From Moniliella sp. 'wahieum' (taxonomy: Eukaryota): 64,000 bases of DNA. Positions within the stretch are counted from its first letter, which is position 1, and each line of letters begins with the position of its first letter. The stretch covers positions 62,001 to 126,000 of the forward strand of contig RSEE01000103.1 in NCBI GenBank assembly GCA_003971905.1. The letters are read 5' to 3'. Positions 58,440 to 64,000 of this stretch are shown here, one piece after another. Position numbers and translations under genes: made by a program. Below the pieces are notes generated by a model, which saw only the letters and a list, made by a program, of their open reading frames with translations, ran no database searches and had not been told where the DNA came from.

Positions 58440-61400
58440 TCACTCTGTTACACCCATGCTCCCCATCGCCATCAACATCATCAACATCATCAACATCCTT
58501 ATCAACATCGTCCATTATCAGTCATCCGTCATCATCACCACCGCCCACGCCACCACCCGCCCCACACCCCCCACCCACGCTCTCCTTGCCTCACACAGCT
58601 TCTCACGCGGCAACATGCAAGTTCGAATTATGAAAAGCGGGCTGCCCACCGCGCCTCCCCCCCGTGGCACGGCAGAGGCAACCGGCAGACAACACAAGAG
58701 CAAGATGATCAAAAAGGAACACGTCGCAGCAAAGCCAACGTCCTCCATCCATAGAAGGCGGCAATCCATCCATCGCCTCCCCCGCCTGACGACCAACCTA
58801 CGTCGTCGATGCCGGCGGCAGCTCCTTGGCTGCGTTCATCATCGCCTGTGCCTTCTCCGCTTGGCCTTCGCGGTAGGCATCGGCTATCAAGCGCGACACG
58901 GCGCCAAGGTATGCGTCGCCCGGCTCGTTGCGGAAGAAAAAGAGAAGTGTCTCGGACAACTTGAGCAGCTCGGTCTGGGTCAGCGCAGCTTCCCGTTCTT
59001 GGCCATCCGCACTGGCTGTCGTACGACCTCGTCCATACGTTGCCGCATGCAGATCAAATAGCCAACTGATCGCTTCCAACGGACCTTCCACGTGCATCAC
59101 CCGATCTAACCCAGTCACACATCTTGCAGACTAAGCCAGCCTTTGGAATCGGTATCCCACCACCGGAACAAACGCTCCACCGTCTCATGCTCCGGCACCT
59201 TGCGTTCAATCCGCTGTTGAAACCCATTCGAGACAATGTACTCGTCCCGCGCCCACGTCGCCACCTCGCCCAAAAACAACCGGAACGCAGGCAAGCTGAT
59301 CCGCATTTCCTTGTAGTCATTCTCCACGTCCATCTCGGCTGTGGCACGGCGGCGGGCGCTTGTGCTTCCCCCGACTCGTCACCCGGCAGCCCGGGCAGAT
59401 CGACAATTGGAACGGGCTCCGCTGCCCCAAACGTCGTCTTGCTCCCCACCGCCCCGGCCGGGGCTTGGGCAGACGCCTCACGAGGAAGGTGCTTGGCACG
59501 GTAAATGGCCTCGACCAGTTGGTCGTACACCAACCCGGCCTCGTCCTTGCTGAACCGGCCCATGTCATGCAAGTTGCGCACGGCGGAACGTTTAGCAAAC
59601 AACTCAATTTCTTGAATGATCTCGGTCCGGAACCGACGCCGTTCCGTCGCGATCGTCTCTTCGGTCACCGAGCCAAATTCGCGGAAAGCAACCACGAGCA
59701 GTTCTTGGAACTTGTGATCTGGCGATGCTTGGGGTTGGGACTGGTAGGATGGGCCGAGTTGCCCAGGCTGGCAAAGTAGCTCTTCATCAAGTTTAAAAAC
59801 GCACCATCGTCCGTCACTTCCAACAAGGCCTCGCCGTTGATTTTCAAAATGGCCAGACCAATTTGGAACAGCACGCGCGGACCCATTGCCATAAAGCAGT
59901 CACAGATCCGGAAGGCAAACACGAGCGGCATCGAGTTGATGTACAGCGAGAGGAACCAGGGTAAGGAAGCCACGCTGAGCTGCACCTCGGTCTCGACCAA
60001 GTGGTCGTGCAAAAGAGGAAGCAACCGCTGTACCAGTTGCTCAAACACGCGCTGGTCCAGTAGCGTGCCCGACATGGATTGACTACCACACAAGAAGGTC
60101 AGTTGGTTGCTGGCAAAAGCGGCCGCACACAAGGCAGAATCGGGAGGGGAGGGGAGACGTACGTGTAGTAACCCGGCAGCAACCGGTCGCACAACACATC
60201 CAGCAACCAGAAGCACTGTTCCTCCGACATGTAGATGAGGAACGCAGCTACAATGATGTTCATCGCTTGGCAGTACCCTAGTTCGGGGTTCTTCCAACTG
60301 TACGCTGTTAGCACGCGCCGCAACGCCGCAAGCCCTTCCTCGGTCTGGTACCCCGGGTACTCGGGCAAACTGCGATTGAGATCTTTCTCAATCTCCTCTG
60401 TGCTCGTACTTCGTCGTCCGGCATGGGCCTTGAGGATCTCGGCGTACTCGCCAGAATGACTAAAGCGGTGGTAGATGCTGCCCGTCATCAGTTCCCACAA
60501 TTCACCCCTCAATCGGTTCGGGAGACCTACTTGGATCAGCCGCGTAAACTGCGGGTACCGAAGTAGGGTCATGTTGCGTCCGTGCGACAAGAGGTAGTCC
60601 CGCCACAACTTCATTTTAGAACGTTCCCGCAGCCTGACAAGACAAAAGATCAGATTCCAAGGTTAGATGGGTCAGTCGGTGTGGTGGACCCTACGGTGCA
60701 GGCCCTGTCAACGTGTCAACGTACTTCCGTGGGTCACCAGGGTACTTGTAAATCGCACCCAGGCCCGCCAAGCTGTGCTCGCCCTCCCGCTCGCCGGTAA
60801 ATTCGTCCACCTTGTCGGCGTCCTCTGGTGAGAGCGCCTTGTCGTCCGCCAGGGCATGACGTACGATCCATTCGGAGCAAAAGTCGTGCACAAAGGGCTT
60901 GAGACGCTTCATGTTACCCAGTTGTTGGCGCAACTGGTCACGCAGCGCCGAAGAGAAGAGCTCGCACTGCGGACGCAGCGCATTGAGCTGGACAATCTGA
61001 TCCGGGGGAACCCGAGAATTGAAACGGGTGCAGGGGGGAGGGGCGAGGGGGGGGGGGGGGTCAGGATGGGAGACACAAGCAAGAAGCAGGAGGAAAGCGT
61101 ACGATCTTCATGCCATGCCAGACGATGAGGCTGAGGGCAAACACGTTGGACCGCTGCACGTTCAGCCGTTCGACGCGGCGGATGCAGTAGAGCGGCAAGG
61201 ACACGCGGCAGGAGCGGCGGTCGAGCGAGGCGAAGCACAGGAAGGACTCGGTCAGCGCCAGGCGGCCCGCATACACCTGGTCCTCCTGCAGCTCGGGGCC
61301 GACGGAGGGGAGGAGAGAGAGAGGATGGCGGGGAGCTCGTCGAGGGGCGCCTCGGTGGAGGGCAGGTTGAAGGCATAGGCGAAGAGCTCGGAGCGGGTGG

Positions 61401-61440
61401 GCTGGCGGTAGTCGCGCAGCGAGTGGGCGATGGTGGACAT
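58440..61440 (-). CDS. MDR1: GRAM-TBC-EF-hand Rab GTPase-activating protein (Gyp2/Mdr1, TBC1D8/9-like)
   Basis: YAGRLALTESFLCFASLD (GRAM); GLPNRLRGELW..EEIEKDLNRSLP..GYCQAMN (TBC R- and Q-fingers); LPWFLSLYIN; WDTDSKGWLSLQDV (EF-hand-like). Several introns; 3' end approximate. Confidence 0.9.
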
Positions 61441-61908
61441 GGCGGGGAAGATGCCCGGGGGAGATGGCGGTGTGGCTCCACGTTGCTCCGCCGAGGCTCA
61501 GACGCTCAGCGGTCGGGGGCGCTTACCTCATCGCTTCTGGGGCGCACGGCCCACGGAGCAGGGCGCGCGCTCACGTAAGCGCACGTGATTCCGCAGCGCC
61601 CGGCACGCAGCCTGCGCCTGCGTCTCAGACGGCGCATGCCGGGTGGCGGGGGCAGTGTCCCGCTGCGGCGCTGGTAACCCAGCACAGGCACGCACGGGGG
61701 GCGGGGGGCGCGAGACAGGCGCCGTGCCTGGGTGTGCGCTCCGAGACAGGCTATTAAGTGCTCAGGCTGAGCGCTAAGCATCCGACTGGGGCGACGACGC
61801 ACGGAGGCTCAGCCGGAGCACTCAGCGCAGCCGCGGCTTGGCGCTCTCCGGCCCTCCATCTCCACCTCCATCTCCATCTCCACCTTCACCTCCACCCCTG
61901 CCCCCACC

Positions 61909-63020
61909 ATGCGCGGCTTTGGAAAGGCCATCTCTCGTGCCCCGCACATGCTCACCAAGCGGGGCGGCCTCCCCGCCACCGCCGACCCCGAGTACGACGC
62001 CCTGGTCCAGCGCTTCGAAGACCTGGCCAAGTGCGCCACGCGCATGCGCCAGGACGCGGCCTCGTACCGCCTGTGTGTGCAGAACATGCTCTTATCCTCC
62101 ACCGCGTTTGGTGCTGGCCTTACCAAGGTCTTTTCGCCCCTCGGCAGCGAGCCGCATGACTTGGCCGAGTCCCAGCCGCAGGTACGCAAAGCCCTCGCCA
62201 CCCTCCCCGGGTACGATGCGCTGATGGCCGACGTGCGCCAGACGGTCGAACCCGAGGTTAAGCTGATTGAGACCAAGATTGTGGCGCCGCTCAAGGACTT
62301 TGAGGCGGTGTGCGCGGCCATCCGTAAGAACCTGACCAAGCGGGACCATAAGCGGGTCGACTTGGAACGCCACCTCGGCTCGTACGAAAAGGTAAAACAA
62401 AAGGAGATCAAGACGCCCAAAGACGAACAAACTGTTCAAAGTCGAACACGACTACGAGACGGCCAAGTCTGATTTCGATTACTTTAACGATGCACTCAAG
62501 GCGGAGCTGCCACAGTTTTTCATCATGGCGGTCAAGTTGGTGGTACCGCTGGGTATTCGCTGTATTACATGCAGATCAACATCTTTTACCTTCGTACCAT
62601 CTCATGGCACGCTTTTGGGACGACAAACTTCCTCTCGACAGGGAAGCCGAGACGATCAAGCCAGATTACCTCGCTGCACTGGGGGACACACTGGAGAAGA
62701 TGGAACAGCTGTCCATCCATCACGATCCTGTGGCATCGGCATTAGTGATTGAGCGGTCCAAGATAGCCAAGGGCGCAGCCATCGTTGAAGCCAAGAAACG
62801 CGCTAGCGCCGAGGGGTATGTGCCGGACAAACCGAGACGAGAAGCTCCTTATGTGATTGCCCTGTACGACTTTACCGCCCAAGCTGTTGGTGACCTCTCC
62901 TTCTCCGCCGGAGACAAGATCGAGGTCGTGTCGCGCACCGATTCGAGGCAGGATTGGTGGACGGGTAAGGTGCGTGGGGTAGAGGGTGTCTTCCCTGGAA
63001 ATTACAGTCGCGACCCGTGA
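61909..63020 (+). CDS. N-BAR + SH3 amphiphysin-like protein (Rvs167/Hob1 family)
   Basis: MRGFGKAISRAPH..DPEY..KRDHKRVD (BAR); YVIALYDFTAQAVGDLSFSAGDKIEVV..DWWTG..GVFPGNY (SH3). Confidence 0.9.
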
Positions 63021-63040
63021 TTCGTGATTCGTGATTCGTG
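63018..63040. repeat. Heptamer array (TGA-TTCG)x3 beginning at the BAR-SH3 stop codon
   Basis: tgattcg tgattcg tgattcg tg. Confidence 0.85.
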
Positions 63041-64000
63041 GTTTGGTTGTGACGTGGGCACAAAGCATGATACCCACATCCTCCTTGATACCTTTCTCCT
63101 CCCCCCGCGCTCGAACCGACTGTCCACTTGGGGCTGGATGCTAGCCCAATATGCATACGACGTGTTACGCTCCTCCTTTTGATCACAACAACACAATTGA
63201 TCAGATCAGCGGTGATTCGTTTGCTTTGTTTAGAGTCTCCTTCTCCCTGTCGACAATCGATTTTAAGGACGTTTATTTGCTTTTCCTTTCCTCCCCCGTC
63301 TGGGCATAGTGAAATGAGTACCAGGTATTGCCGAGTTGAGCAGAAGAAAGGGATCCTATCCTTCCTCTTCTCGCACGGAATGGACAGATATCAAGAATGT
63401 AGTGCATCAAGGCCTTTGAGCGGAGAGGATGGCGAATTGACAACGAACCGTGTACAGGAGAGGTCGTATACATCTCCTGGTGTGGAGATGAACCAGCGAG
63501 AGGAAGAAGTGAGAGGAAGAACTGGATGTCAGTGCCAACTCGCTCGGCCTGACAAGGCTGAACGCAGAACGGTAAACATTCCCAAAGTTATCGCAGGCTG
63601 TTCAAAAGTGTTCCTTCAGGACTCTCGAGCTTCCGGCCGGTAATAAAGAAGGACCCTCTGCTATAGGGGTCAAGCCAAAGCTTCAAGAGTCTTCGTACTG
63701 CAATTCCTATATTCGTAGACCGCGATCTGTCAGGTTTACCGGGAACCCCACTTGTTGGATCAATTGATCGATCGATCAGCTTGGTCAGAACTGGCATAGT
63801 AGTCTATGTGCTTCTATAACGATACTAACTTCAAGCTTCACCCCGATCCGTACTATATAAGTACTGGTATCTTCATTGGGGATGGGGTTGTATTCTATCC
63901 AACAGTGCACTTTTTAGGTGGAGCCAAACACCTATATACAGAGGGTGGCTCGTGCGTCACAGATAAATGGTCCATTGTCCCAGTGTCTTTTTATTCCCCT

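Overview
Eukaryotic, GC-rich fungal genomic DNA, most likely a basidiomycete and plausibly Ustilaginomycotina. This rests on GT-AG introns with CTAAC/CTGAC branch points and on fungal orthologues; the taxon is inferred. The window is gene-dense, with about 20 recognisable genes: DIC1, a Bud27/URI-like gene, SNX41/ATG20, CCDC130/YJU2-family, CWF18, Yippee, a PRRC2-like gene, CSN6, a probable CENP-L/Fta1, SRF1, RIB5, the head-to-head pair RPS31/RPP0, an amino-acid permease, a Pom1-like DYRK kinase, a GRAM-TBC RabGAP and a BAR-SH3 protein. Nearly all carry small indels, even essential ribosomal protein genes, which points to uncorrected long-read errors, so gene coordinates are approximate. Accessory DNA includes a 5'-truncated CRE-clade (Cnl1/MoTeR-like) non-LTR retrotransposon (~35.5-36.7 kb), a probable solo LTR (19188-20540) and a ~33-bp minisatellite in a lower-GC degenerate block. 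The most unusual signal is a window-wide family of 7-bp-period arrays with the grammar T[CG]A + 4-bp palindrome (AGCT, GATC, GTAC, ACGT, TCGA, CTAG, TGCA), seen in intergenic and intronic DNA. No tRNA, rRNA or CRISPR array was found by eye. All family assignments come from motif recognition, not database searches.
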